Below, piece by piece: positions 17,267 to 26,734 of a stretch of DNA of 39,305 nt. The notes below the pieces were generated by a model. The model was not told where the DNA came from. It worked only from the letters and a program-made list of their open reading frames with translations, and searched no databases. Numbering within the stretch: the stretch's first letter is position 1; each line of letters starts with the position of its first letter. Both the position numbers and the translations under genes were made by a program. Source of the DNA: a virus (Duplodnaviria; Caudoviricetes); IMG/VR virus record IMGVR_UViG_3300022179_000767, positions 1-39,305 of that record. The stretch is one strand, 5' to 3'.

Positions 17267-17889
17267 GCGGGCAGGGGAAGGCGCGGGGGCGCGCACAGGC
17301 GTCCACGCCTGAGGCTGGCCCTGACAGGCCCGTGGCGCCGTGGATGGAGACGGTGGGGACATTCATCGCCGGGCAGGCTGAGGTGGACGAGACCGACGCC
17401 GTCGCCATCGAGATGGAAAGGAAATGGGGCGTGGATCGGCTGCGCATGCTCGTCAGCGTCGAGATGCGCGAGAAATTCGACAGGCAGCGATATCTATTCA
17501 ACCGCGCCATTCACTACGGCGCCTATCCAGAGCTGATCAGGGAGGCCAAGCGCATGGCGACGGCGTGGAAGGCCCTCGACAAGGCGGCGGAGGCGGCTCA
17601 CAGGCCGCCGCAGCCGCCCGACGTATGGGAGGCGGTCACCAGCGAGGGGGTGGTGCTCTCCATCGTCCGCACGAACGAGGACGCCCGCAGGGTGATGGCG
17701 GACGGCCGTGCGGTGCAGGTGTACACGCTCGACGAGATCGCGCACCTGATCGAGGCGTATCCGGCAATAGTGAAGGCGAAGGCCACATTCCCCGGGGCGA
17801 CCGTCACCGCATCCCGCAGGGAGATACGCGACCCGCTCGACGGCGTGGCGGACAGCCGCGGGCTGTTGAATGACCCGATCCCGTTTTGA
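17263..17889 (+). CDS. Conserved phage hypothetical protein (MERKWGVDRL...FPGATV...DPIPF)
   Basis: ggagg RBS; SSB-like C-terminal DPIPF tail. Confidence 0.75.
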   Translation: MSGQGKARGRAQASTPEAGPDRPVAPWMETVGTFIAGQAEVDETDAVAIEMERKWGVDRLRMLVSVEMREKFDRQRYLFNRAIHYGAYPELIREAKRMATAWKALDKAAEAAHRPPQPPDVWEAVTSEGVVLSIVRTNEDARRVMADGRAVQVYTLDEIAHLIEAYPAIVKAKATFPGATVTASRREIRDPLDGVADSRGLLNDPIPF

Positions 17890-17935
17890 TGGCCGCTGGA
17901 GGCCATTAGGAGGTCGCTGGAGGCTGTCTAATAGG

Positions 17936-17966
17936 AAAAGGGGCCTCTGGATACCAGAGACCCCTT
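17936..17966 (-). terminator. Intrinsic terminator between convergent operons
   Basis: aagggg(c)ctctgg-ata-ccagag(a)cccctt stem, followed by a T-run on the minus strand. Confidence 0.6.
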
Positions 17967-17995
17967 GGAAGGCTGTCAGCGGGCTCCTGAGAGGC

Positions 17996-18196
17996 TCAGA
18001 GAGCCTGCCCTGAGATCTGGACCTTTAGGCGGAGGAGTTCGACCACCGCCCGCGGTGTTTTCACGCGGCCCGAGAGCCAGTAGTAGACGGTGCGCTCGGA
18101 CACGCCGACCAGCTCGGCCAGTTCGCGGTTTAGGAGGTTCGCCTGCCAAAGCAAAGCTTTGAGCTCGTCAGGGGTTGGGGGCGTGGGTGCGGTCAT
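17996..18196 (-). CDS. XRE-family HTH protein
   Basis: RELAELVGVSERTVYYWLSG; start coupled to the upstream stop. Confidence 0.8.
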   Translation of the reverse strand: MTAPTPPTPDELKALLWQANLLNRELAELVGVSERTVYYWLSGRVKTPRAVVELLRLKVQISGQAL

Positions 18197-18486
18197 CAGT
18201 GATAAACCTCCAACAGCCAATCCCGCGCCATGTTCTGCGACCAGCAAAGGCGCACATCGCCGTGAACCGAGACGGCGCGAAATGCGTTCCGGTCACGCCG
18301 ATCCAGTTTCGTCGGGTTGGCCCAGCCCACGACCTGATCGCGCAGGGTCAGCGTCAAGGTTCCGTCACCCTCCTGTTTCCATTGGATCGGGTTGTCATAC
18401 TTTTGACGCTCCTGCGGCCGCGCAGCGGCGACCGCGTCGAGCATGACGCCGCACATGTCGGCGACAGATTTCGGAAAATTGTGCAT
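18196..18486 (-). CDS. Hypothetical protein (MHNFPKSVAD...)
   Basis: gaggaggg RBS before the ATG at 18486. Confidence 0.65.
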   Translation of the reverse strand: MHNFPKSVADMCGVMLDAVAAARPQERQKYDNPIQWKQEGDGTLTLTLRDQVVGWANPTKLDRRDRNAFRAVSVHGDVRLCWSQNMARDWLLEVYH

Positions 18487-18496
18487 TTTTCCCTCC

Positions 18497-18742
18497 TCAA
18501 TCGATGATTTCCTCGGCGCGGTGGCCCATAAAATGGCTGATGTCGTCGAGCGCCCGTTGGGCGGTGTAAAGATCGCCGGCGGACCAGCCGACGATCTCAA
18601 AGCCCCGGCGGCGCACCTCGCGCAGGAACCGCTGCGCTTCCTCACGGTCGCCAAACACGAAGGTCTCCTCGCCCCATGTCAGGTTGGGGCGAGGGAATTT
18701 CACGACGTAACGATAGAAACTCTGAACGATGGGGCGATCCAT
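18497..18742 (-). CDS. Hypothetical protein (MDRPIVQSF...)
   Basis: gaggagg RBS. Confidence 0.65.
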   Translation of the reverse strand: MDRPIVQSFYRYVVKFPRPNLTWGEETFVFGDREEAQRFLREVRRRGFEIVGWSAGDLYTAQRALDDISHFMGHRAEEIID

Positions 18743-18752
18743 GTTGTCCTCC

Positions 18753-19100
18753 TCAGATCGACTTGATGACGATGCGCTTCGAACGCTCAAACGTGGCGCA
18801 CGCGGCGAACGCGTCAGAGCTCAAAACCTTGCGGGCGGCCTCGACCTTGATTGAGGCGAGCGCCATGAACACGCTCGGCGTCGTCACGCGACGCACGGCG
18901 GCGGGGTCCAGCGCGGCGCGCTCGACTTCGCTCACCTGCAAGCGGTGCTCGAAGCCCGCGGCGCTGGTGTCGCCGCTGGTCAGCAACGCCTCGGCGATGG
19001 CGGCCTTCTCGGCCTCCAGCGCCTTGATCTCTTTGGTGATGGCGACATAGCGCTCGACCTGCTCGGCGGTGAGGGCGGGGATCAGGGACACGTTAAGCAT
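18753..19100 (-). CDS. Hypothetical protein (MLNVSLIPAL...)
   Basis: ggagg RBS; promoter upstream. Confidence 0.7.
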   Translation of the reverse strand: MLNVSLIPALTAEQVERYVAITKEIKALEAEKAAIAEALLTSGDTSAAGFEHRLQVSEVERAALDPAAVRRVTTPSVFMALASIKVEAARKVLSSDAFAACATFERSKRIVIKSI

Positions 19101-19145
19101 TGGAACCTCCAGTTCATCTACAGTTAAGCTAACCACTACTCAATC

Positions 19146-19176
19146 AGATTAGCATGAAGAAATTGCAGCCGTCAAG
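19146..19176 (-). promoter_or_regulatory. Sigma70-type promoter with internal operator
   Basis: cTTGACG-N18-TAATCT; spacer contains CATGAA-N5-TGCA. Confidence 0.65.
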
Positions 19177-20026
19177 CGGCTGCTAATTCCTCCTGCGAGC
19201 CCTGCTTGCGCAGGAATTCGACGGCTTGGCTCGCCTTGCTGGCGGCGGTCATAAACGCCTGCGGGTCGCTTTTCACCAGCTCAATCCAGTGTTGGATATA
19301 GGCGGCGTGCTGGGTGACGGCGTCGAGACCCAGCTCGGCGCAGAGAAACGCAGCGCCCAGCTCGGCGACCAGTTCCTCGGCTGCATATGCGTTGTCGCCA
19401 AAGCGCTTGCCAAACTGGCGGTTGCAACGGCTCTCCGCTCCGGTCCAATGCACCAGCTCGTGCAGGGCCGTCGCATAGTAGCTCGCGCGGCTATCGAACC
19501 GCTCGAACGCCGGCAGGCGGATCTCGTCGCCTGACGGGCGATAAAAGGCGCGGTCGCCGCCGTGATGGATCACTGCGCCCGTGGCGGCGATGAACGCGTC
19601 ACACGCCGCGTCGCGCTCGTCGGGGTTGATCTCCAGCGGCGCAGGCGCGTCGAGATCGAGGCCCTCGCACTGCTCGACGTTAAACACGGTGAATGATTTC
19701 AAAAACGGGATGGACGCGACATTGCCCGCGTCGTCTGATTTCTCGAACCGCGAGACGAACGTCACGGTTGTCCCTTTCTCGCCCTTACGCACGCTGCCGC
19801 CCAGCTCCTGCGCCTGCTTGAACGTCAGCCATTGGTTCGAGGAATAGCCATGCTCCTGTTGCGTGATCCAAAGCAAAATGACGTTCGCGCCCGAATAAGC
19901 GCGCTTGGTGCGGGCGTTCTTGGGCAGGCCCGCGTTCGTGCTGCTCCACGGCTGCACCCACGGGAGCACGCCCGTCTCCATGGCGGCGAGGATGCGGTCG
20001 GCGACTTCTTTCTGCAGGTTGCGCAT
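19172..20026 (-). CDS. ardC: ArdC-family antirestriction protein (ssDNA-binding domain plus zincin-like domain)
   Basis: PWVQPW, YSGAN, WLTFKQA...GG.VRKGEKG, VFNVEQ, HELVHWTG and YAAEELVAELGAAFL motifs. Confidence 0.95.
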   Translation of the reverse strand: MRNLQKEVADRILAAMETGVLPWVQPWSSTNAGLPKNARTKRAYSGANVILLWITQQEHGYSSNQWLTFKQAQELGGSVRKGEKGTTVTFVSRFEKSDDAGNVASIPFLKSFTVFNVEQCEGLDLDAPAPLEINPDERDAACDAFIAATGAVIHHGGDRAFYRPSGDEIRLPAFERFDSRASYYATALHELVHWTGAESRCNRQFGKRFGDNAYAAEELVAELGAAFLCAELGLDAVTQHAAYIQHWIELVKSDPQAFMTAASKASQAVEFLRKQGSQEELAAA

Positions 20027-20066
20027 GGGTAACTCCATCTACAGCTAAGGTTGCGATTACCAGATC

Positions 20067-20097
20067 AGAATAGCATGCAGTTTTTTCATGTGTCAAG
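20067..20097 (-). promoter_or_regulatory. Sigma70-type promoter of ardC with internal operator
   Basis: cTTGACA-N18-TATTCT; spacer contains the same 15-bp motif in inverted orientation. Confidence 0.7.
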
Positions 20098-20181
20098 CGG
20101 GTGTTTTTCCTCCCCGCTTGCGGTAATGTTTTTGGAATGCCATGTCGATCTCCATCAGGTGAGAGGGTGAGATTTAAAACG

Positions 20182-20415
20182 TCAGGCGCGACCCGCCTGT
20201 TTGTTTAGCCAAGTTATAGTCGCAGCTAGCCATTCGTCATAGCTCATATCGGTGCCATATGCGTTCGCGGCGGCGTCATGTACGCTGCAACGCGCTTGCC
20301 ACAGTTTTTCTTTATCAATGTCATCAATCAGCTCGTCGTAAAAATCGCGCCCGTTGTTCGTCCAGATCGCCAGCGCCTGCGCGGTGATTTTTTTGAAGCG
20401 TGTTTCATATTCCAT
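20182..20415 (-). CDS. Hypothetical protein
   Basis: 77 aa, ggag RBS. Confidence 0.65.
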   Translation of the reverse strand: MEYETRFKKITAQALAIWTNNGRDFYDELIDDIDKEKLWQARCSVHDAAANAYGTDMSYDEWLAATITWLNKQAGRA

Positions 20416-20463
20416 CTGATTTCTCCATCAGGTGAGAGGGTGGGGCCGGAGCCCCCGTTGGTG

Positions 20464-20712
20464 TCACTTGGCTTCGAGGTGCCCGCAAACTCGGGACATA
20501 TGGTCCTCGAGATATTGCCTGATCGTCAGGTCCGACAGGCGGTAAACGTAAATGGATGTCTCGGACCAGCTCGGAGCGTCGCCCTCGGCCCAGTAGATGT
20601 ATCCGTCACCCTTGACGAGGCGCTCGCCATGCCCAGCCCGCGCCAAGATGTCGTTGACATCCGAAACTCTGCGCGCCGGGCGGTCTAAATTAGTGCGTTG
20701 AACTTTCGTCAT
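20464..20712 (-). CDS. Hypothetical protein
   Basis: 82 aa, aaggag RBS, TTGACA upstream at 20783-20788. Confidence 0.65.
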   Translation of the reverse strand: MTKVQRTNLDRPARRVSDVNDILARAGHGERLVKGDGYIYWAEGDAPSWSETSIYVYRLSDLTIRQYLEDHMSRVCGHLEAK

Positions 20713-20837
20713 GTCGATCTCCTTACAGTCAAGCTACAGTAAATATCAATCACAAGCATAGGAAACATGAAATATTTGCACCTGTCAAGCGCCCTTAAAA
20801 ACCCTTATATTCTAGTGGGTTATGAGGGAGCTTAACC

Positions 20838-21314
20838 ATGGCGAAATCCAAAATCGAGCCTGCGCCTAAGGTGTCGGACGAACCGCTCAAACGAGGGCGG
20901 CCGTCGCTGTATCGCGCCGAGTATTGCGCGAAGGTGATCGAAATGGGCGAGCAAGGGAAATCCCTCACGCAGATGGCCGCGCGTCTCGGTGTCGATAAGG
21001 CGAGCGTGATTAGATGGCGCGAAGAGCACGAAGAATTCCGCACTGCTCTCGCACGCGCGTTGACGTTGTCGCAGGATTGGTGGGAAGAGCAGGGACAACG
21101 CGGAGTGAACGACAGAAATTTCAACGCGACGTTGTACAACAAAATCGTCGCGTCACGTTTCCGCGAAGACTACAGCGAGCGGCACGAGATTACGGGCGCA
21201 AACGGCGGCGCGATCAAGATCGAAGCGAAGCGCGTTGATGTTGAGAACATGGAAGAAGAGCAGATCGAGGCGCTTGAGAACGCGTTGTCGCGATTGAAGG
21301 TCGTCAACGGATGA
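20838..21314 (+). CDS. terS: Terminase small subunit
   Basis: GRPSLY...HTH...W...H.EF; ERHEITGANGGAI; directly upstream of TerL. Confidence 0.88.
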   Translation: MAKSKIEPAPKVSDEPLKRGRPSLYRAEYCAKVIEMGEQGKSLTQMAARLGVDKASVIRWREEHEEFRTALARALTLSQDWWEEQGQRGVNDRNFNATLYNKIVASRFREDYSERHEITGANGGAIKIEAKRVDVENMEEEQIEALENALSRLKVVNG

Positions 21315-23002
21315 ACGTCGTTCTCTACAAAGGCGAGTACATCGATGTCGATGCGACGCTGCTTGCGATCAGCAAACGCAAATGCGAGTTGTCGCTCGCA
21401 GAGTTCATCAGACAGTCGTGGCATGTCGTCGAGCCGGGCCAGCCTTATGTGCATGGCTGGCATATCGATGCGATCTGCGAACATCTCGAAGCGATCACTG
21501 AAGGCGTCGAGTTCGAAGACGGATCTCTCTACAATCGCCTGTTGATCAACATTCCGCCGGGCACGATGAAATCTCTGACGGTCGGCGTGTTCTGGCCTGC
21601 GTGGGAATGGGGCCCATGCAACATGCCGCACATGCGCTACGTCTGCGCATCGCACACGCAAGATCTCGCCGTGCGCGACGGGCTGCGCATGCGCCGCCTG
21701 ATCGAGAGCGAGTGGTATCAGGCGCGCTGGGGCGACCGCGTCTCGCTCACGAAAGATCAGAACCAGAAAACGAAATTCGAAAACACCGCGACAGGATTTC
21801 GACAAGCAGCGGCCGCAGGCTCGATCACCGGCTCGCGTGGCGACCGCGTGATTATCGACGATCCGCATAGCGTCGAAGGCGCAAACAGCGATCAAATGCG
21901 CGCATCTACGTTGGAGTGGTTTCTTGAAGCGGTGCCAACGCGTCTCAACAATCCCGTCGAGTCCGCGATCATCGTCGTCATGCAGCGCCTGCACGAAGAG
22001 GACGTGAGCGGCGTCATCCTCGACAAGCAGCTCGGCTACGATCATCTCGTGCTGCCCATGCGATACGCCAATTGGCGCGATGGTCACACGACGATGATCG
22101 GCTTCCAAGATCCGCGCACAGAAGAAGGCGAGCTTCTATTCCCTTCGCGCTTCCCTCTCGAAGTCGTCGAGCGCGAAGAGCGCACGATGGGCCCATACGC
22201 GACCGCTGGTCAGTTCCAGCAAGAGCCCACGCCACGCGGCGGCGGCGTCATTAAACGCGCGTGGTGGAAGACGTGGGAGCATAGCGACGGCATCTACCCG
22301 CCCATGGATTACGTCATCGCGTGTCTCGACACTGCGTACACGACGAAGACAGAGAACGACTATTCGGCGATGACTGTCTGGGGCGTGTTCACTGGCACGT
22401 CGGTCGAGACCTACAACAAATACGTTTCACGCGATGGTGATCTGTCTGATCTCGACGCGCGCTCGAACATGTTTGACGATGCTGCGCGCGTGAAATATGC
22501 GGCGAGAGATCCGCAGACAGTTGGCGCGCGCGTCATGCTGATGCATGCATGGGCCGAACGCCTTGAGATCAACGAGCTCATTCAGAAGGTCGTGAAGACG
22601 TTCAGCTCGATGCGCATCAACGTCGATAAGCTTCTCATCGAGAACAAGGCCGCAGGGCATAGCGTCGCGCAGGAGATCAGGCGCGTCTACCAGCACCGCA
22701 ACTTCATGGTGCAGATGTACGATCCCAAAGGCTTCGACAAGCTATCGCGCGTCTACAGCATCCAGCACCTGTTCGCCGAGGGGCTGGTGTATGCGCCAGA
22801 CCGTGCGTGGGCCGACAAGGTGATCCACGAGTGCGAAATCTTCCCTAAGGGCAAGCACGACGACCTCGTCGATACGGTGAGCATGGCTCTGCGCCACCTG
22901 CGCGACATTGGCTTGCTGATGCGTGGCGAGGAGTTTGCGGCGGACCTTAGGGACAGCATGATGCACAAGGGCTCGCCGCCGCCCCCGCTTTATTCCGTCT
23001 GA
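21311..23002 (+). CDS. terL: Terminase large subunit
   Basis: LLINIPPGTMKS, ITGSRGD.VIIDDPH, MQRLHEED, DTAY, IENKAAG and FPKGKHDDLVD motifs. Confidence 0.97.
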   Translation: MNVVLYKGEYIDVDATLLAISKRKCELSLAEFIRQSWHVVEPGQPYVHGWHIDAICEHLEAITEGVEFEDGSLYNRLLINIPPGTMKSLTVGVFWPAWEWGPCNMPHMRYVCASHTQDLAVRDGLRMRRLIESEWYQARWGDRVSLTKDQNQKTKFENTATGFRQAAAAGSITGSRGDRVIIDDPHSVEGANSDQMRASTLEWFLEAVPTRLNNPVESAIIVVMQRLHEEDVSGVILDKQLGYDHLVLPMRYANWRDGHTTMIGFQDPRTEEGELLFPSRFPLEVVEREERTMGPYATAGQFQQEPTPRGGGVIKRAWWKTWEHSDGIYPPMDYVIACLDTAYTTKTENDYSAMTVWGVFTGTSVETYNKYVSRDGDLSDLDARSNMFDDAARVKYAARDPQTVGARVMLMHAWAERLEINELIQKVVKTFSSMRINVDKLLIENKAAGHSVAQEIRRVYQHRNFMVQMYDPKGFDKLSRVYSIQHLFAEGLVYAPDRAWADKVIHECEIFPKGKHDDLVDTVSMALRHLRDIGLLMRGEEFAADLRDSMMHKGSPPPPLYSV

Positions 23003-23009
23003 GGGTGAC

Positions 23010-23222
23010 ATGAAAAGAATTCTTGCGAACGCTGTGGTTGACGTGAAGCGCGAGCCAACGCCTAAGGTGCTAGGCCAATTCAGCGTGGAGGTCTGGGGGC
23101 AGGAGCCGCACGACTTTGTGCGTCACTATGAAATACAGGCCAAATCCGATACAATAGCCGCACAAGAAGGATTACGCCGCTTCGTGGAAGAGATGGAGCA
23201 CGCGGGTTCGAAAGAGGATTGA
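23010..23222 (+). CDS. Hypothetical protein
   Basis: 70 aa between TerL and portal, gagg RBS. Confidence 0.7.
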   Translation: MKRILANAVVDVKREPTPKVLGQFSVEVWGQEPHDFVRHYEIQAKSDTIAAQEGLRRFVEEMEHAGSKED

Positions 23223-23224
23223 CC

Positions 23225-25552
23225 ATGGCTACACCCGGCCTGATGCCCAACCTGCGGCAGATCCAGCCTGAGCAGGAACCTATGTTCAGCGAAGGCTCTG
23301 AGATCATCATCGAAGCCGCGGACGAAGGCAGCGACCGGCCGGGCATGGACGACAAGGGCAACATCCTGACCATCGAGCATCCTGACGGCTCGATCAGCGT
23401 TACGCTGGACGGCTCGCCGATTGAACGCAGCGGTGCGTCGTCGTCTGAAGGATGGTTCGACAACCTTGTCGAGAAGATCGACGAAGGTGAGCTTTCGCGC
23501 ATCAGCGATGACTTGCTGCGCGGCATCGAGGCGGACCTTGAGAGCCGGCGTGATTGGATCGAGGATCGCACGCAGGGCATCAAGCTTCTTGGCCTGAAGA
23601 TCGAGATCCCGGGCGTGCAGGGCGCGAGCGATGGCGCGCCTGTCGATGGCATGAGCAAAGTGCGGCATCCGTTGCTGTTGGAGGCGGTGCTGCGCTTTCA
23701 GGCGAACGCGCGCAGCGAGTTGCTGCCGACTGACGGGCCTGTGAAGGTTCGCAATGATGATAACTTTTCTTATGCGCAAGAAGATCTGCTCGCTAATTAT
23801 CTTGAGCGCGATCTTAATCATTATCTGACGAGCACTGCGACTGAGTATTACCCCGACACTGACCGCATGCTTTTCATGCTGGGGTTTGGCGGGTGTTCGT
23901 TCAAGAAGGTTTACTACTGCCCGCTGCGCAACCGGCCTGTGAGCGAGAGCGTTGATGCTGACGATCTGATCGTGAACAACAGCGCGACCGACCTGCGCAA
24001 TGCGAAGCGCGTGACGCATCGCACATACATGCGCCCGAGCCTTGTGAAAAGATTGCAGATCTTGGGCGTCTATCGCGACGTTGATCTTGGCGCGCCGAAA
24101 GAAGTTGAACTTGATAGCGTGCAGCGTGCGAAGCGCGAGCAGCAAGGCATCAAGCAGGAAGCGACGAAGGCGGAAGACCGCGACCGCGAGATTTACGAGT
24201 GCTACTGCGAGCTGAATATTCGCGGCTTCGAGCACAAGTTGAAGGGCAAAGAGACGGGCCTTGAGATCCCGTATCGCGTGACGATTGATGAGTCGTCGAA
24301 GAAGATCCTTTCGATTGTCCGCAATTACGACGAAGACACGAAAGACCTGCCTGAGCCGCGCGCGAACTTCGTGCAATACACGTTTGTGCCGGGCATGGGC
24401 TTCTACGGAATTGGCTTGCTGCACATTCTCGGCAACACCACGAACGCCGTGACGGCTGCGTGGCGCGAGATGCTCGATGCGGGCATGTACGCGAACTTCC
24501 CCGGCTTCCTTTATTCGGATGCGGGCGGTCGTCAGAACACCAACATCTTCCGCATTCCTCCGGGCGGCGGTCAGTTGATCAAGACTGGTGGTGCGGCGAT
24601 CCGCGACGCCATCATGCCGCTGCCGTACAAAGAGCCGGGCGGCGCGCTGATGAGCCTTGTGCAGAACATGGCGGAGACTGGCCAGCGCCTTGGCGGAACG
24701 AGCGAGCAGCAAGTTGGCGAAGGCCGTCCTGACGCGCCTGTGGGCACGACGCTCGCGATGATCGAGCAGGCGACGAAGATCCTCAACGCCGTTCACAAGC
24801 GCATGCATGCGGCGCAGGCGGAGGAATTCCAGCTTCTGGTGCGTGAGTTCAAGGAACATCCCGATAGCTTCTGGAAGCAGAACAAGCGGCCGGCGTACCC
24901 GTGGGACGAGCAGACGTTTATGAACGCTCTTGAGGATGCTGATCTTGTGCCGCACGCCGATCCAAACACGGCGAGCCATGCGCAGCGTCTGATGAAGGTC
25001 GCGGCGCTGAAGCAGATGCAGGCGCAGAACCCGAACCTGTTTAACGACGTTGCTGTCGATACTGCGGCATTGCAGGCGATTGGCTGGAGCAACCCAGAGC
25101 AGTTCTACAAGCCCGAGTTCGCGCGCAACAAGCCTCCGCCGGAGCTGCTTGAGAAGTATTCGAAGGCGCAGAACGACAGCATGCGCGCGCAGGCTGCGAT
25201 GATGGATGCGCAGACGCGTGCGCAGGCGGCGCAGGCTAAATTGCAGATTGACGGCATGAAGGCGCAAGTGGGCGACAACATCGCCTACATGAAGGCGCAG
25301 GCTGACATGATGCGCGCCCAGACCGAAATGGCGAAGGCGCAGGCCGACATGCAATATGCGCAGCAAGAGCTTGCGAACAAGGCGGCGGATCGCACGTCGA
25401 AGGAGCGCATCCAGTTGCTTGATCTCGCGCAGAACATCGCAGTGCATCCGTATAGCGCGGAGCTTGTTGAGCCGCTGATACAGCCTGCGCTGGAAAATCT
25501 TGATCAGTCTCAAATCGTTCAGCCGGGTCTTCGCCGGCCGGGAGGCATGTGA
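23225..25552 (+). CDS. Portal protein
   Basis: ~775 aa after TerL; HPLLLEA..RFQA.A..EL.P, G.SFKKVY, FYGIGL; Gln/Ala-rich coiled-coil C-terminus like P22-type portals. Confidence 0.9.
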   Translation: MATPGLMPNLRQIQPEQEPMFSEGSEIIIEAADEGSDRPGMDDKGNILTIEHPDGSISVTLDGSPIERSGASSSEGWFDNLVEKIDEGELSRISDDLLRGIEADLESRRDWIEDRTQGIKLLGLKIEIPGVQGASDGAPVDGMSKVRHPLLLEAVLRFQANARSELLPTDGPVKVRNDDNFSYAQEDLLANYLERDLNHYLTSTATEYYPDTDRMLFMLGFGGCSFKKVYYCPLRNRPVSESVDADDLIVNNSATDLRNAKRVTHRTYMRPSLVKRLQILGVYRDVDLGAPKEVELDSVQRAKREQQGIKQEATKAEDRDREIYECYCELNIRGFEHKLKGKETGLEIPYRVTIDESSKKILSIVRNYDEDTKDLPEPRANFVQYTFVPGMGFYGIGLLHILGNTTNAVTAAWREMLDAGMYANFPGFLYSDAGGRQNTNIFRIPPGGGQLIKTGGAAIRDAIMPLPYKEPGGALMSLVQNMAETGQRLGGTSEQQVGEGRPDAPVGTTLAMIEQATKILNAVHKRMHAAQAEEFQLLVREFKEHPDSFWKQNKRPAYPWDEQTFMNALEDADLVPHADPNTASHAQRLMKVAALKQMQAQNPNLFNDVAVDTAALQAIGWSNPEQFYKPEFARNKPPPELLEKYSKAQNDSMRAQAAMMDAQTRAQAAQAKLQIDGMKAQVGDNIAYMKAQADMMRAQTEMAKAQADMQYAQQELANKAADRTSKERIQLLDLAQNIAVHPYSAELVEPLIQPALENLDQSQIVQPGLRRPGGM

Positions 25553-26727
25553 TGGCGCAGTTACCTAGAGGCAATCCGCTTGTTGAAGAAGCGAAGCAGA
25601 TCATTGCGTCTGCGCGCGGTCCTGAGGCGTCGTTTGGCGCTTGGGAGCAGGCTTACAACAAGCTTCGTCGCGATTTCATGTCGCCTGTGCCGGGCTCGCG
25701 TGTGAGCTACAACCTTGCGCCGAATGCGCCGAACCGCGTCGTTCAGATGCCTGACGGCAAGATCATTAAGGTGCCGCAGGGTTCTCAAGTTCCGCGCGGT
25801 GGGACCGTGCTAAACAAGACTGATGACGACATCCGCGCCATGCTGCCGGAGCGTCCGCCTATGCCGGCTGCGATCCGCGAGCAGCGTTATGGGCCTGAGG
25901 TGCCGATTGCCGGGCCTGCGGCGGCTGTCACGGGCGCTGTAGGCGTCCCTGCGGCGATTGCCTACCAGCGTGACTCTCTGCCCGGCCCTGCCGCTGCGGG
26001 TCGTCCTGTTGAGGCGGAAGGCGTTACTGACCCTGCGTCGGGCATGACGGTCATGCCGACTGAGTTCCGCCCCACGGCGACTGAGCGCGCGTTGCAGATT
26101 GCGCGTTCGCAGCAAGACTACAGCGGCATGGGCGGAGGCTACGGCACGCCGCGCGAGATGATGACGCCGTCTGGCGCGGGGATTGGCCGCACCTACGGTT
26201 CGTTTGACGAGACCAATATTGGCGCGCCGCGTTTCAGTCAGGACATCACTGCCGGCGACACGTTCCGCAATTTGCCCGGGTACGAGGGCGAAGGCGGCGG
26301 TGAAGCAGCCCAGCAAAGGCCGGTGTCTTTGAACTCTTTGCCGACGTTTGCGCAGGGGGCTACGTCCGGCGGCTACAACCCTGCGGTGGTGAACCTTGCG
26401 CGCAGCGTTGTCGCCCCGCGCAGCTCCGCGCCGACCGGCAATGTTCCGACGCCTACGCCGCGCCCCAAGGACGAAGGGTTTTTCTCGTCATTGACGAGCA
26501 AGCCTTTATCTCGGGATGAGCTTTTGACTGCGTACAACAAGTCGATGCAGGACGAAGGCGGCGGCAACGCTGCGTTGTTTGCATTGCTGGAGCGCGCGAA
26601 CAAGGAAGAGGGCATGCGCCGCGGTGGCGTTGCTCAACAGCCTCAAGCGGCCAAGGGCGGCGGCAAAGACGCTGCATTGCATAAGGCGCTTGAGATCATT
26701 CATCACATGCTGACGACCAGACACTGA
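25552..26727 (+). CDS. Hypothetical low-complexity virion protein
   Basis: Coupled to the portal stop; Pro/Ala/Gly-rich. Confidence 0.65.
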   Translation: MAQLPRGNPLVEEAKQIIASARGPEASFGAWEQAYNKLRRDFMSPVPGSRVSYNLAPNAPNRVVQMPDGKIIKVPQGSQVPRGGTVLNKTDDDIRAMLPERPPMPAAIREQRYGPEVPIAGPAAAVTGAVGVPAAIAYQRDSLPGPAAAGRPVEAEGVTDPASGMTVMPTEFRPTATERALQIARSQQDYSGMGGGYGTPREMMTPSGAGIGRTYGSFDETNIGAPRFSQDITAGDTFRNLPGYEGEGGGEAAQQRPVSLNSLPTFAQGATSGGYNPAVVNLARSVVAPRSSAPTGNVPTPTPRPKDEGFFSSLTSKPLSRDELLTAYNKSMQDEGGGNAALFALLERANKEEGMRRGGVAQQPQAAKGGGKDAALHKALEIIHHMLTTRH

Positions 26728-26734
26728 GGCGACC

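Noticed and set aside
23126-25513. 795-aa antisense ORF, and similar long antisense ORFs such as 1623..2693, 21170..22108 and 28016..29167
   Set aside because: Shadows of high-GC, codon-biased sense genes; no recognisable motifs
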